This document shows positions 1-9,301 of a DNA stretch of 64,000 nt, piece by piece. How positions within the stretch are numbered: the first letter of the stretch is position 1; every line of letters begins with the position of its first letter. Origin of the DNA: Nocardioidaceae bacterium (GTDB lineage Bacteria > Actinomycetota > Actinomycetes > Propionibacteriales > Nocardioidaceae); contig DASQEH010000054.1 in assembly GCA_035633755.1 (NCBI GenBank), positions 14,503 to 78,502 on the forward strand, given 5' to 3'. The notes beneath the pieces are model-generated. The model saw nothing but the letters and a program-made list of their open reading frames with translations, did not search any database and was not told the DNA's origin. A program made the translations under genes and the position numbers.

Positions 1-21
1 TCTGGCGGTCAAGGCGAGCGA

Positions 22-600
22 GTGAGCCTGCAGATCGCCCAGGAGGACAGCGCCGACATGGTGTTGTCCACCAACGCCTTCGCGTTGCTGGCTGGCATGC
101 TGCTCGACCAGCAGTTCCCCATGGAGCGTGCCTTCGCGGGCCCGGCAACGATCTTGGACCGGTTCGGGACCCTTGACCCGGCAGTCATCGCGGGCGCGCC
201 AGCAGAGGAGTTCGCGGAGGTCTGCGCGCGCCGCCCAGCCGTCCACCGGTTCCCCGGTGCGATGGCAGGAAGGCTGCAGGCGCTGGCTCGCCATGTCAGC
301 GACGAGTACGGCGGGGACACGGCTGCCCTGTGGCGAACGGCGGCCAGCGGCCAGGAGCTGCTGGGACGGCTGCTGGCGCTACCCGGCTTCGGGCAGCAGA
401 AGGCCAAGATCTTCGTCGCGCTGTTGGGCAAGCAGCTCGGTGTACGGCCCGAAGGCTGGGAGTCTGTCGCGGGGGCCTATGCCGAGGAGGGTGCGTTCCG
501 CTCGGTGGCCGACGTTCGCGACCGTGCCTCGCTAGAGAAAGTCCGGGCGTTCAAGCAGGCTCAGAAGGCAGAGGCGAAGGCTGCTCAGGGCAGTGCCTAG
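22..600 (+). CDS. HhH-GPD-type base-excision DNA repair protein
   Basis: 192-aa ORF with high GC3. The N-terminal LLAGMLLDQQFPME and the helix-hairpin-helix LLALPGFGQQKAKIFVALL are typical of the actinobacterial HhH-GPD family. The frame stays open to the window edge, so the GTG start at 22 is provisional. Confidence 0.7.
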   Translation: MSLQIAQEDSADMVLSTNAFALLAGMLLDQQFPMERAFAGPATILDRFGTLDPAVIAGAPAEEFAEVCARRPAVHRFPGAMAGRLQALARHVSDEYGGDTAALWRTAASGQELLGRLLALPGFGQQKAKIFVALLGKQLGVRPEGWESVAGAYAEEGAFRSVADVRDRASLEKVRAFKQAQKAEAKAAQGSA

Positions 601-737
601 GGCGTGGCGTCATTGGTTGTCTCAACATCGCCGGTGCGTGCGTTGAGTGCGGACGAGAACGTGTCACAATGGGGCTGCGGCTAACTTGACGTGATCGGGC
701 CTTGCCGCGCCCGTGGTCCACTGACGAGAGGTTGTTT

Positions 738-2147
738 GTGTCCTCGAGCACGTCCCCCCGAGACTCAGAGTCCTCGAAGTCCTCGCACCCGACAACATCT
801 GCCAGGGTGCACGCCGCCACCTCCGCTCCTAAGCGGACGAATGTCTCGGCGGCCGCAACCCCACCGCCAGCCCGGACGGCGAAGAAGGCCCCCACCAGCG
901 GCAAGGAGAAGACTCCGACGAAGGCAGCAGCCAAGCAGGTCTCGGTTCTCCCCGTGCCCGTGGCCACCGCGACAGCGCCGGCTAAGAAGGCCACCGGTCG
1001 GTCGGCAACAGCGAAGAAGGCCGACGCTGTGCCGTCCGACGTCCTCACCGCCGACGCGGCGCCGCCAGTCGAGCTGACAGCGGCCGAGAAGAAGCGGCTG
1101 CTCGATGACGTCGACGACACCGTCTTCGAGAAGGATCTCGCGACCGACCCGACGCTGAAAGAGGACGAGAAGGAGGGCTTCGTGCTCTCCGAGGCCGACG
1201 AGGCAGACGAGCCGGAGCAGACGGTCACTGTCGCCGGCGCCACGGCGGACCCTGTCAAGGACTACCTCAAGCAGATCGGCAAGGTCCCGCTGCTCAACGC
1301 GGAGCAGGAAGTCGACCTCGCCAAGCGCATCGAGGCCGGGCTGTTCTCGGAAGAGAAGGTCAATCGCGAGACCAAGGTGTCCACCAAGCTGGCCGACGAG
1401 CTCGCCTGGATCGTGGAGGACGGTCATCGGGCCAAGAACCATCTGCTCGAAGCCAACCTGCGCCTCGTGGTGTCGCTGGCGAAGCGCTACACCTGGCGCG
1501 GCATGTTGTTCCTCGATCTGATCCAGGAGGGAAACCTAGGACTGATCCGGGCGGTCGAGAAGTTCGACTACACCAAGGGCTACAAGTTCTCGACATACGC
1601 GACGTGGTGGATCCGCCAGGCCATCACGCGCGCGATGGCCGACCAGGCCCGCACGATTCGCATTCCCGTGCACATGGTCGAAGTGATCAACAAGCTCGCT
1701 CGTGTCCAGCGCCAGATGCTGCAAGACCTCGGACGTGAGCCGACGCCCGAAGAGCTGGCCAAAGAGCTCGACATGACGCCTGAGAAGGTGGTCGAGGTCC
1801 AGAAGTACGGGCGTGAGCCCATCTCGCTGCATACGCCGCTGGGCGAAGATGGCGACTCGGAGTTCGGCGACCTCATCGAAGACTCCGAAGCGATCGTGCC
1901 TGCCGATGCCGTCTCTTTCACCTTGCTTCAGGAGCAGCTGCATGCAGTACTGGACACGTTGTCCGAGCGTGAAGCGGGCGTTGTCTCCATGCGTTTCGGC
2001 CTGACCGATGGTCAGCCCAAGACGCTGGATGAGATCGGCAAGGTGTACGGAGTGACACGGGAGCGTATCCGTCAGATCGAGTCCAAGACGATGTCCAAGC
2101 TCCGTCACCCGTCCCGGTCCCAGGTGCTGCGGGACTACCTGGACTGA
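738..2147 (+). CDS. sigA: Principal (housekeeping) RNA polymerase sigma factor, HrdB/SigA/RpoD type
   Basis: The C-terminal ~300 aa are almost identical to remembered HrdB/SigA ([89 protein letters not shown]). The N-terminal extension is K/A/P-rich. I chose GTG 738 (VSSSTS.., compare HrdB VSASTS..), which follows GAGAGG, over the track start at 702. Confidence 0.95.
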   Translation: MSSSTSPRDSESSKSSHPTTSARVHAATSAPKRTNVSAAATPPPARTAKKAPTSGKEKTPTKAAAKQVSVLPVPVATATAPAKKATGRSATAKKADAVPSDVLTADAAPPVELTAAEKKRLLDDVDDTVFEKDLATDPTLKEDEKEGFVLSEADEADEPEQTVTVAGATADPVKDYLKQIGKVPLLNAEQEVDLAKRIEAGLFSEEKVNRETKVSTKLADELAWIVEDGHRAKNHLLEANLRLVVSLAKRYTWRGMLFLDLIQEGNLGLIRAVEKFDYTKGYKFSTYATWWIRQAITRAMADQARTIRIPVHMVEVINKLARVQRQMLQDLGREPTPEELAKELDMTPEKVVEVQKYGREPISLHTPLGEDGDSEFGDLIEDSEAIVPADAVSFTLLQEQLHAVLDTLSEREAGVVSMRFGLTDGQPKTLDEIGKVYGVTRERIRQIESKTMSKLRHPSRSQVLRDYLD

Positions 2148-2272
2148 GTGGCCCCAGCAGTCGCGGGACCGAAGACGCCCGCGCGCTGGCCGCAAGCCGG
2201 CACTTGTGTGGAACGGAAGGGCCTTCAGCGCTACTCATGCTTGCGGCGGTCACACGTCACTGTGGCGACCCG

Positions 2273-2662
2273 TCAGGTGGGTTTCTCATCGCTGGCGGGG
2301 TTGATATCCGCCGCGAGCGTCTTCCGGTCGTCCGCTGAAGCGGACCTGTCCAGTCTGGACGCGGTGCGGTCCTCTTTGGCCAACTCGCGGGCCTCGAAGG
2401 ACGCCCCGTTGCTGTCGTCATCAACCAAGGCGTCAAGGTTGGCTTTCATGTCTCGCCTGTTGGCAGCGGAGTCGCGGGCATTCGCGACGAGGTCGCGATG
2501 CTCGGCATCCTCGAGCAGTTCTGCCACTTGGCGTTCACGCTCAGACAGGGCGTCCTCGCGTGTCGCAACGCGGTACTCTCGTTGACTGATGATGCGGCCG
2601 CGTTCGGCGGCGGTGGAGTCCTGGTCCGTCCGCCCGCCCCGCTTGGAGTCGTGGTCAGTCAT
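2273..2662 (-). CDS. Hypothetical highly charged, probably coiled-coil protein (129 aa)
   Basis: ATG ORF with moderately high GC3. About 45% of residues are D/E/R/K, with recurring A-x-RD/DR-x-x-A motifs (ANARDSAANRRD, AKEDRTASRLDR, SADDRKTLA). I recognise no enzymatic motif. Confidence 0.55.
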   Translation of the reverse strand: MTDHDSKRGGRTDQDSTAAERGRIISQREYRVATREDALSERERQVAELLEDAEHRDLVANARDSAANRRDMKANLDALVDDDSNGASFEARELAKEDRTASRLDRSASADDRKTLAADINPASDEKPT

Positions 2663-3159
2663 TCTCGTTCAGTCTCTCTCGACAGTGTGTGAGTTGACGT
2701 GAGCATCTGTCGCCTCAAGTATCCAGTCAACTACTGATCGTAACAAGCATCTCGTCGAGTGGTCCAGGACATCCGGATGCGTGTCACTGGGCCAGGGGGT
2801 TCCGGAGCGTTACGGCGCCGCGGTCGGTACGGGGCTGCGTCGGAGCCAGGGTCTCGCGACCGAGGAGGACTGAAGTGCCTCGCCTCCTAGTTCGTCGTGG
2901 CTGACGCAATCGGGTCCACGAGCGCCCCCAGGCAGCTGATTCAGGGGCAAACCATGCAACCGAGCGATTTTGTGACGCGATGTCACGCATTGACTACACT
3001 TGGTGGTGAATCGACGATCTGATTCCTGGTTCGGCGTAGAGAAGACTGCGTCGGGAACTTGGCTCTGGCGGCAGCCCGCGCTCCGCGTGAGCTCCGCTCC
3101 TGCCGTGTCTAGCAGCGTTGAGATGACGCGTTGGCAGGGCACGACGAGGGGATGACAAG

Positions 3160-3957
3160 ATGCCTGACACTACGCTGAGCGTTGCCACGCTCAACGTCCA
3201 TCACCGCCGACCCACCATTGACATCCGTGCCGATGTGCACAGACTCATCGCCCGCGGTGCGGACGTCATCTGCCTCCAGGAGATGACGGGCCACAATGAC
3301 GCCATCTCGGGACTTCCCGCCGGATGGGTCGCCTACATGGCCCCTCTCACCATCGGAGAGCCGGGTGGACGACAATCCACGCCGATTCTCTACAACACCG
3401 CCGTGGTGAGTCCGGTCGGAGCGGGATTCCGGCATGTCTCTGAACCGCAGCCGGTAGAGATGGGGGCGGGCGGAAGGGACGTGACGGAGAAGACGATCAC
3501 CTGGATTCGAGTAGTCCACCGGACCACGAACCAGGCCATCGTCGTGCTGAATCTTCACGCGGTGTCGTCGGTGGAAGCGGGTGGTCGCCCGGAACTCGAG
3601 CGTCCTCGCCGGCTGGCCCTGTTCGCCGACATGATGGCCGTCATGTCCGCCATGATTGGCCGCCGTGTCCGCCACGGTCAGCTGGTCCTCGTCTGCGGCG
3701 ACCTGAATGTGAACTACACCTTCGACAGCCAGGTCCGCGACCCGCGTTTCCCCTACGCCGTGTTCAGGCAGCTGCGCGTCCGTTCGTCGTACCGGACACT
3801 GGGCATACCCGATGTCGGCACGAAGGACAACCGTCTCATTGACTATGTCGGGCACACCGTCAGCAGTCGTATCGTCCCCACGAGCCAGTCGATCCTGTCC
3901 GGCTACGGCAGCGATCATCGGCCCCTCATCGTCACGTACACCCTCACCGTCGCGTAG
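3160..3957 (+). CDS. Endonuclease/exonuclease/phosphatase (EEP) family protein
   Basis: Contains the EEP motifs ATLNVHH, ADVICLQEM and SDHRPLIV. GAGGGGATGACAAG precedes the ATG. No signal peptide. Confidence 0.8.
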   Translation: MPDTTLSVATLNVHHRRPTIDIRADVHRLIARGADVICLQEMTGHNDAISGLPAGWVAYMAPLTIGEPGGRQSTPILYNTAVVSPVGAGFRHVSEPQPVEMGAGGRDVTEKTITWIRVVHRTTNQAIVVLNLHAVSSVEAGGRPELERPRRLALFADMMAVMSAMIGRRVRHGQLVLVCGDLNVNYTFDSQVRDPRFPYAVFRQLRVRSSYRTLGIPDVGTKDNRLIDYVGHTVSSRIVPTSQSILSGYGSDHRPLIVTYTLTVA

Positions 3958-4054
3958 CCCGGACGCCACAACGGGCCATGAGTGCACACTCTCGTGGTGT
4001 GCACGCATGGCCCGCGTTGGGTCAGCATGGGGCGCTTCGAAGCGCGCCTCGCCG

Positions 4055-4867
4055 CTACCGGAACGACTTCATCAACAACCAGATGCTTCGAAGCCTTGCT
4101 TCGCCGAGCACCATCAGGGACGCCCGGATCTCCATCCGCATCGCTTCCAGCACGGGGTCAGGACCGCTCCTTGCCGTCGACAGGTTCGCAGTCACTCCGG
4201 CCGAGCTGGTGCGCGGTGCGCGCACCTTGACCAGGACCGCCTTGAGCTGAGCCTTGTTGAGGTCCATGACAGCCGGCCGGATCTTCAGGCGTAGCGAAAT
4301 GAGGGCCGCCTTCACTCCGAGCATCCGGTTGGGCGTAAAGGCCGCCTTGAGGCTGTTACCGCAATAGACGTGCACCATCTCCACGGGGTTGACCATGTCG
4401 TGGCCGTGGGCGCGAGGAATGGAGCCCAACGAGGGGAGCGGAACGCCGCCAAACATGACACCGCTCAGCTTGCCGTCGTAGACAAGGGCTGCGCGGGGGT
4501 TCGAGGGGTTGAGCCCGCTGGCCGACTTACTCGGGTTGAAGTAGTGGGTCGTGTTGTTGGGCGTCGACGTGCCGGGCCGCCAGTTGGCCCTGATGGTGGC
4601 GAGGGACCTGGTGTTGCAGAACGTGTTCACGCCGTTCAGCAGGTTCTGCGCCTTCGCCCGGTCGCGAGCCGAGGCGGCGGCGATGTTGGGGATGTAGGTG
4701 GAGTTGGCGGGGTCGACCATCTCCACGGTGTTGCCGGTCGGTCCGATCATGACGTGTCCGTCCATGCCGTCACCGGAGGCACTGGATACGAGCACCGTGG
4801 ACATCCCCATCGATCCAACGATGAAAGCGCCGGCGGTTCTGTATGCGAGTCTCTTGGTGATCTTCAC
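4055..4867 (-). CDS. Secreted hypothetical protein (N/T/S/P-rich, HGHD..EMVH motif)
   Basis: ORF 4055..4930 with high GC3 throughout. I preferred GTG 4867 (VKITKRLAYRTAGAFIVGSMGMSTVLVSSASG, a classic signal peptide) because GAAGGGA lies upstream. I recognise no family. Confidence 0.6.
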   Translation of the reverse strand: MKITKRLAYRTAGAFIVGSMGMSTVLVSSASGDGMDGHVMIGPTGNTVEMVDPANSTYIPNIAAASARDRAKAQNLLNGVNTFCNTRSLATIRANWRPGTSTPNNTTHYFNPSKSASGLNPSNPRAALVYDGKLSGVMFGGVPLPSLGSIPRAHGHDMVNPVEMVHVYCGNSLKAAFTPNRMLGVKAALISLRLKIRPAVMDLNKAQLKAVLVKVRAPRTSSAGVTANLSTARSGPDPVLEAMRMEIRASLMVLGEARLRSIWLLMKSFR

Positions 4868-5105
4868 TGGTGTGTCCCTTCGGACCGAGGATGTATTGGT
4901 GGCCCACGGTCTGCGCTGCGACGCAGACACCGTGTCACCTCGGAGGCAACGTGGCGGGCTCTACCCAGTGTTACTGAATGAGCACGCTGAGGAGGCACCT
5001 CGAGGCCTTGAAGGCCTGTAGAGCCCGGGGAGAAAGCACCGCTCGTCGAAGGCAGGGGGCCGAACGGACTCCTGGCTTCGGCGTTTACCGTATTAAACGG
5101 GACAA

Positions 5106-5840
5106 TCAGGCGCGTTCGACGACACGTTGGTTGGACACATCGACAATGTTCTGCGCGACCGCGCGCAGCTTGACGTTGCCGTCCTGCGAGGTACGCACGA
5201 GGAAGTCGAAGGCCCTGTCCTCATCGAGCCCGTAACGTTCCATGACGATCCCGATGGCTTGTCCGATCGTCTTGCGACTGATCAGGGCGTCCTGCAGAGT
5301 CTGGGTGGCGCGAACGAAGTTCATCGCGATCGCAGCCTGAGACGCGAAGAGCTCGACGATGTGGCGAGACTCATCCAGCGCACCGGTCGTCGTGGAGTAC
5401 ACGTTGAGTCCGGCGCAGGTCGAGCTGGTACGGAAGATCTCTATGGCCATCTGTGACCCGATACCGAGCTTGGCCGCTCGGGGCGCGTAGGCCGGCCACC
5501 GTTCCTCGTCCGTCAGGTCCGCAGAGCGGATCGTCTGCTCCAGTGCCACGGCATCCAAACATGGCCCCTCGCGAAGCTCGTACTGGAGGACGTCGGCTTG
5601 ATGTCCCAACTCGGAGGTGGGGGCCAGCGTGCGCAAGGACCCATCTCGATCCGCCATGGTGATCGTGACCGAGTCCACTCCGGGAAGTGCCTCTAGAGCC
5701 GCATGGGTGAGAGCCTGGAGAGTCTTGTCGACGTCCGCGCCGTCTCCGAGCGACCTCGCGACGCGCGACATCGCCGCAACGATGACTTGCGTTTCAGGTG
5801 TGTCGTCAGGCATCGCCGTCTCCATGGGGTCACGCACCAA
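5106..5840 (-). CDS. GAF domain / ANTAR domain RNA-binding (antitermination-type) regulator
   Basis: The N-terminal ~150 aa are GAF-like. The C-terminal ANTAR signature is LQDALISRKTIGQAIGIVMERYGLDEDRAFDFLVRTSQDGNVKLRAVAQNIV. Confidence 0.85.
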   Translation of the reverse strand: MVRDPMETAMPDDTPETQVIVAAMSRVARSLGDGADVDKTLQALTHAALEALPGVDSVTITMADRDGSLRTLAPTSELGHQADVLQYELREGPCLDAVALEQTIRSADLTDEERWPAYAPRAAKLGIGSQMAIEIFRTSSTCAGLNVYSTTTGALDESRHIVELFASQAAIAMNFVRATQTLQDALISRKTIGQAIGIVMERYGLDEDRAFDFLVRTSQDGNVKLRAVAQNIVDVSNQRVVERA

Positions 5841-5964
5841 GTCGGGCAGGTGTGAGGAGCCTCGGCAAGAGGAGCAGAGGCCTACGCTCGATTCACCTTA
5901 TCGGATGCTCAGGTCGGTCTCGCGTGCCGAGGCGAGGGCCGATCGAGGGTCGCCAAGAGGGCCG

Positions 5965-6447
5965 TCAGGTGAGCTGGATCGCCGCCGCGAGCCAGATGCC
6001 AGCGGCGAGCAGTCCTCCCACCAATTCGATGAGTATGGAGAGGCCGACGGCACGAATCGCGTCAACCGTCGCGGCTCGCGCCATGGCCTTGTCCTTGAGC
6101 CGGCGGCGTTCAGCGGCGTACACCCCGACAACGAATCCGATGACGAGGCCGACAACAGGAATGACGAAGAATCCGACGATGCCGAGGGCCGCCCCGATGC
6201 CCAGCGAGGTACGGGGAACGCCCGCGACACGCAGGTTGCGCCCAGGGATCAGGTACTTCAAGACCTGCGAGGCCACCAGGCAGGCGGCGGCGGCGGCCAC
6301 GGCGAGCCAGGCAGCGGCGCCTCCGACCACGAGGCCCCACCCGACGATGGCAGCCAAGACGATGAGGACGCCCGGCAGTACGGGCAGCAGGATGCCGACG
6401 ATGCCAAGGGCGATGACGAGGGCGGCGAGCAGGCTGAGCTCGCTCAT
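5965..6447 (-). CDS. DUF456-like integral membrane protein
   Basis: 160 aa with 4-5 hydrophobic helices. The N-terminal GILLPVLPG motif is typical of DUF456. Confidence 0.7.
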   Translation of the reverse strand: MSELSLLAALVIALGIVGILLPVLPGVLIVLAAIVGWGLVVGGAAAWLAVAAAAACLVASQVLKYLIPGRNLRVAGVPRTSLGIGAALGIVGFFVIPVVGLVIGFVVGVYAAERRRLKDKAMARAATVDAIRAVGLSILIELVGGLLAAGIWLAAAIQLT

Positions 6448-6503
6448 CTCTGGCCGTACCCCGAACGCAGCCGGCTGCGACGATTCGGGAGGAGTAAACG
6501 CTT

Positions 6504-6533
6504 GTGGCGGCCGTCCCGAAGGGCGACCGCCAC
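6504..6533 (-). terminator. GC-rich hairpin downstream of the DUF7455 gene (putative intrinsic terminator)
   Basis: GTGGCGGCCGTCCCGAAGGGCGACCGCCAC has outer arms GTGGCG/CGCCAC plus an inner CCC/GGG around a GAA loop. It lies 33 nt after the stop at 6566. The U-tract is weak. Confidence 0.45.
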
Positions 6534-6565
6534 AACGACAGCGGGAGTACGAGGAGGAAGGAAGG

Positions 6566-6796
6566 TCAGCGCTCGTCCAGCGGGGCGATCGCGGGGGTGG
6601 ACGTCAGGCGACCAGTTTCGTCCTGGATGGCGACCGCGACCTGCTCCAGCTTGTCAGCGTGCTCGCGAGCGTGGTGCGCACAGAACAGAAGCTCACCGCC
6701 TCTGGTCAGCTCGACACGGACGTAAGCCTGGGCTCCACAGCGGTCACAGCGGTCAAGTGCTGTGAGTTGCGGACTTGGTGCGACTGCTGTGGCCAC
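6566..6796 (-). CDS. DUF7455-like small Cys4 protein conserved next to hrdB/parE in actinobacteria
   Basis: LTALDRCDRCGAQAYVRVELTRGGELLFCAHHAREHADKLEQVAVAIQDETGRL matches the remembered Streptomyces orthologue. I chose GTG 6796, preceded by GGAGAGGG, and treat the track N-terminal extension to 6979 as spurious. Confidence 0.8.
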   Translation of the reverse strand: MATAVAPSPQLTALDRCDRCGAQAYVRVELTRGGELLFCAHHAREHADKLEQVAVAIQDETGRLTSTPAIAPLDER

Positions 6797-7111
6797 GGGT
6801 GACCCTCTCCAACTGCCGACGGCAGTTCCCTCGTAAGTCAACGTCTCTGACAGCAACGCCACATCTGGAGAGATCATTCCCCACGAGGGAAGATCGAGCC
6901 ACTTGTGACACCTTCGACATAACCACTCTATGACGCATCGTGGACCCACAACGGTGCCATCCGTGGGATGTGATTCCAAATTGTGCCCTCGTGTCGCCCG
7001 CTGGCCGACGAACGGCGTGGGTCCGGGGGCCGGTCGGCGGCGGCGGGTATCGTGCTTGTGCGGGGCAGCAGGCCGCTGAACCGATGTCCCTCACCACACC
7101 GAAGGAGCCCC

Positions 7112-9190
7112 GTGGCAGCGCGCGTGTCTGCGATCGACGGGTCGTACAACGCCCGGCATCTCTTGGTGCTGGAAGGCCTCGATGCGGTCCGCAAGCGCCC
7201 GGGGATGTACATCGGGTCGAGCGACAGCCGCGGGCTCATGCACTGCCTGTGGGAGGTCATCGACAACAGCGTGGACGAGGCGCTGGCTGGCTACTGTCGC
7301 CATATCGCCGTCACCTTGGCTGCGGACGGGTCGGTCAGCGTCGACGACGACGGTCGTGGGATCCCGGTCGACATCGAGCCCAAGACCGGACTGACCGGTG
7401 TCGAGGTCGTCTACACGCGGCTGCATGCCGGCGGCAAGTTCGGTGGAGGCTCCTATGTCGCGACCGGCGGGCTCCACGGAGTGGGCGCCTCCGTCGTGAA
7501 TGCGCTGTCGAGCCGCCTCGACATCGAGGTCGACCGGAGTGGCAGCACGTTCGCCATGTCGTTCCAACGTGGGGTTCCCGGTCGGTTCGCCGGTCCGGGG
7601 CCCGAGGGATCGTTCAGCCCGCAGTCGGGGCTGACCAAGGTGGGTCGCGTCAAGAAGGGTGTGACCGGCACGCGCGTTCGTTTCTGGCCCGACCGTCAGG
7701 TCTTCACCAAGGACGCCTCGTTCACCTTCGACGAGCTCGTCACGCGGGCTCGCCAGACATCCTTCATCGTGCCGGGCCTGGCGATCAGCATTCGCGACGA
7801 GCGCGGTTCCGAGCCCGTCGAAGCGAGCTTTCAGCACGCAGGGGGCATCTCCGAGTTCTGCGAGTTCCTGGCTGCCGACGACCCGGTCACCGACGTGCAG
7901 CGACTGCAGGGTGTCGGTCACTTCACCGAGACCGTGCCCCTGCTCGATGACGCGGGACACCTCACGCCGCGGGATGTGGAGCGCGAGCTCACGGTCGACG
8001 TGGCGTTGCGGTGGGGTACCGGGTACGACACCGAGCTGCGTTCGTTCGTCAACGTCATCGCGACGCCCAAGGGCGGAACCCACATCCTCGGCTTCGAGCG
8101 GGCGCTCACTCGTACGCTCAACGACGTCGTGCGGCAGACCCGGCTGATGCGGGCAGGTGAGCCGGATGTGATCAAGGACGACGTCCTGGAGGGGCTGACG
8201 GCCGTTGTCACAGTCCGCCTGGCCGAGCCGCAGTTCGAGGGGCAGACCAAGGAGGTGCTCGGCACGCCGGCAGCCACACGCATCGTCGGCTCCGTGGTGA
8301 CCACGCAGCTCAAGGCGTTCCTGACGTCGACCAAGAAGGGCGACAAGCCTCAGGCGCGAGCGGTCCTCGAGAAGGTTGTCAACGCGGCCCGCAGCCGGCT
8401 GGCGGCGCGGCAGCAGCGCGACACCCAGCGGCGCAAGAACGCGTTGGAGTCCAGCGCGCTGCCCGCGAAGCTGGCGGACTGCCGCAGCAACGACGTCGAC
8501 CGCAGCGAGCTGTTCATCGTCGAAGGTGACTCAGCCCTCGGCACGGCGAAGCTGGCCCGCGACTCCGAGTACCAGGCGCTGCTGCCTATCCGCGGCAAGA
8601 TCCTCAACACCCAGAAGAAGTCCTCAGGAGAGATGCTGCAGAACGCCGAGTGTGCGGCGATCATCCAGGTTGTCGGCGCCGGTAGCGGTCGTACCTTCGA
8701 CCTCGACTCGGCCCGATACGGCCGCATCATCTTCATGGCGGACGCGGACACCGACGGTGCCCACATTCGTTGCCTGCTGGCGACGTTGTTCCACAAGCAC
8801 ATGCGCGGCCTCCTGGTCGCCGGGCGCGTGTACTCCGCGGTTCCGCCGCTGCACCGTATCGAGTTGTCCAATCCCAAGAAGGGCATGGAGAAGTACGTCT
8901 ACACCTACAGCGACGACGAGCTCCAGCGCCGTCTCGCCGAGCTGACGAAGAAGAACGTGCGGTGGAAGGACCCGGTACAGCGCTACAAGGGGCTCGGTGA
9001 GATGGACGCCCACCAGCTCGCTGAGACGACGATGGACCCCCGACACCGTACTCTGCGCCGCATCACGATCGACGATGCCGATGCCGCCGAAGAGGTCTTC
9101 GAGCTCCTGATGGGCAACGATGTGGCCCCTCGCAAGGAGTTCATCGTCCAGGGTGCGTACGAGCTCGACCCCGAGGCGATCGACGCCTGA
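7112..9190 (+). CDS. parE: Type IIA DNA topoisomerase subunit B (topoisomerase IV ParE-like / second GyrB)
   Basis: Carries GHKL and Toprim motifs: LEGLDAVRKRPGMYIGS, EVIDNSVDEA, GGLHGVGASVVNALS, ELFIVEGDSALGTAK, PIRGKILN and IMADADTDGAHI. GTG 7112 follows GAAGGAG. The position beside hrdB matches the Streptomyces parE locus. Confidence 0.9.
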   Translation: MAARVSAIDGSYNARHLLVLEGLDAVRKRPGMYIGSSDSRGLMHCLWEVIDNSVDEALAGYCRHIAVTLAADGSVSVDDDGRGIPVDIEPKTGLTGVEVVYTRLHAGGKFGGGSYVATGGLHGVGASVVNALSSRLDIEVDRSGSTFAMSFQRGVPGRFAGPGPEGSFSPQSGLTKVGRVKKGVTGTRVRFWPDRQVFTKDASFTFDELVTRARQTSFIVPGLAISIRDERGSEPVEASFQHAGGISEFCEFLAADDPVTDVQRLQGVGHFTETVPLLDDAGHLTPRDVERELTVDVALRWGTGYDTELRSFVNVIATPKGGTHILGFERALTRTLNDVVRQTRLMRAGEPDVIKDDVLEGLTAVVTVRLAEPQFEGQTKEVLGTPAATRIVGSVVTTQLKAFLTSTKKGDKPQARAVLEKVVNAARSRLAARQQRDTQRRKNALESSALPAKLADCRSNDVDRSELFIVEGDSALGTAKLARDSEYQALLPIRGKILNTQKKSSGEMLQNAECAAIIQVVGAGSGRTFDLDSARYGRIIFMADADTDGAHIRCLLATLFHKHMRGLLVAGRVYSAVPPLHRIELSNPKKGMEKYVYTYSDDELQRRLAELTKKNVRWKDPVQRYKGLGEMDAHQLAETTMDPRHRTLRRITIDDADAAEEVFELLMGNDVAPRKEFIVQGAYELDPEAIDA

Positions 9191-9231
9191 CGCGCAGAGC
9201 CCACACATCTTGACAGGCGGCCCCGCGCGAA

Positions 9232-9247
9232 CCGCCCTCAGGGGCGG
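9232..9247 (+). terminator. Hairpin CCGCCC-TCAG-GGGCGG downstream of parE
   Basis: Perfect 6-bp GC stem with a 4-nt loop, 42 nt after the parE stop. No strong U-tract. Confidence 0.4.
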
Positions 9248-9301
9248 ATGATCTGGGTTAACTGCGTTGTCGCGGCTCGAGGGGTCGTCCACACTCGTGA
9301 C

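Noticed and set aside
2972-2986. Possible CRP/GlxR-type site TGTGACGCGATGTCACG.
   Set aside because: The half-sites are off by one relative to TGTGA-N6-TCACA: they read as TGTGA-N7-TCACG or GTGAC-N5-GTCAC. I keep it only as a generic palindrome inside the low-GC gap finding.
5841-5964. Possible regulatory hairpins upstream of the GAF-ANTAR gene.
   Set aside because: I found only short (4-5 bp) GC stems, indistinguishable from background in this GC-rich DNA.
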